From NCBI GenBank assembly GCA_963793425.1, contig CAWCAG010000005.1, positions 1,952,001-2,016,000 on the forward strand: 64,000 nt of DNA, given 5' to 3'. The translations under genes and the position numbers were made by a program. The DNA comes from an uncultured cyanobacterium. Lineage in GTDB: Bacteria; Cyanobacteriota; Cyanobacteriia; Cyanobacteriales; CAWCAG01. Positions 63,019-64,000 of the stretch are shown in pieces; within the stretch, counting starts at the first letter, position 1, and each line of letters opens with the position of its first letter. Below the pieces are notes generated by a model. The model saw only the letters and a program-made list of their open reading frames with translations. It made no database searches and was not told the DNA's origin.

Positions 63019-64000
63019 TTAACTCAAAAATAAACAAGGTTCTGCGATCGCAAATCCTTGAGCATAATTTAGACCTAAAGATTTTATATAAGTTAAAATT
63101 TCTTCATTTTCCACAAATTCAGCGATGATTTCTACTCCCATTGCTTGACCAATATTGCTAATTGCATTGATAATTGATAAATCTATAGGGTTGTTAGCAT
63201 TTTTAATAAAATTACCGTCAATTTTGAGGTAATCTAAGGGTAGATTTTTTAAGTAAGCTAAAGAAGAAAAGCCGCTGCCAAAGTTATCTAAAGAGAAGCG
63301 ACAGCCTAATGATTTGAAATCTCGCATTAATTCTGCTGTTTTACTGAAGTTACTAATAGCAACGGTTTCAGTGATTTCAAAACAAATGGAACGAGGGGGG
63401 ATTTTATACAGAGTAAATTGCTCGTGGAGAAAATCTCTAAATTGTTCGTCGTTGATGCTGGCATTAGAGATATTAATTGTGTAGACAATTTCTTCTTGGG
63501 TTTTAGGGGGCAAACCACTGTTACAAAAAACCTTTATTGGGTCTACAAAAGCTTGAGCCGGGTTTAAAGGAGGGTCTACGGCTAAATAGCTAAAAATGCG
63601 ATGAATGACCCAACAATCGATAGCAGACATCAAATTGTAACGTTCTGCGGCGGGGATAAAAGCCATCGGGGGAACCAGCTTTTCTCCTTCAACTAAACGC
63701 AGAAACAATTCATAATGTTTCTCTTGTTTATCCTTAGTAATTAAAGGGGTAATAGGCTGACAATATAAACAAAAATGATTTTTTGCTAGGGCTTCTGTGA
63801 GGCGAGATAACCAATGTATCTCGGCAACTTGCTGTTCCCCTACTTCTTCATTTACCGGGGCCAAACTAACGCGATTGCGTCCTTGATTTTTGGCGGTATA
63901 ACAAGCTGTATCGGCTGCTTGTAAAACCTGATCTAAACTTTTTGTTTCTGAATTGATGGCCACCAAACCAACACTAACCCCTACAGCAAATACTTTGTCT
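63019..64000 (-). CDS. GGDEF-EAL protein, 5' part outside the window
   Basis: End of a GGDEF domain (ADTACYTAKNQGRNR) followed by an EAL domain (ELFLRL, FEITET, DNFGSG, AEFVE). Confidence 0.9.
   Translation of the reverse strand, partial: DKVFAVGVSVGLVAINSETKSLDQVLQAADTACYTAKNQGRNRVSLAPVNEEVGEQQVAEIHWLSRLTEALAKNHFCLYCQPITPLITKDKQEKHYELFLRLVEGEKLVPPMAFIPAAERYNLMSAIDCWVIHRIFSYLAVDPPLNPAQAFVDPIKVFCNSGLPPKTQEEIVYTINISNASINDEQFRDFLHEQFTLYKIPPRSICFEITETVAISNFSKTAELMRDFKSLGCRFSLDNFGSGFSSLAYLKNLPLDYLKIDGNFIKNANNPIDLSIINAISNIGQAMGVEIIAEFVENEEILTYIKSLGLNYAQGFAIAEPCLFLS

Overview
Chromosomal window from an AT-rich cyanobacterium (many HIP1 GCGATCGC sites, heptamer STRR arrays, psbV/petE). Most of it is housekeeping: hisIE, folC, miaA, gyrB, shc, pntAB, psbV, petE, cobA, cbiX, acnB, clpS, gap1, transporters and second-messenger enzymes. 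I found no CRISPR array, rRNA, tRNA or intact transposase. The best candidate for an undescribed system is an accessory block at about 36.36-41.48 kb, bracketed by REP/MITE-like repeats. It holds a divergent small membrane protein, a DUF4384 protein and a TPR-CHAT (caspase-like) protease. The protease has a near-identical 126-bp repeat array whose variation is confined to one short window, a second copy of its N-terminal helical domain inside the catalytic domain, and an L-x-M-W-[GD]-E motif shared with the DUF4384 linker. Other notable items: a 264-bp non-autonomous IS200/IS605 relic that keeps the TnpB omega-RNA end; a DUF4278 plus DUF4278-PirA pair with NtcA boxes and a structured upstream region; a CLC protein with Arg at the gating glutamate; a convergent pair of domain-sharing genes with a ComFB fusion; an internally deleted methyltransferase; and two single-base frameshifts that may be assembly errors. 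Family calls are from motif recognition only, with no database search.
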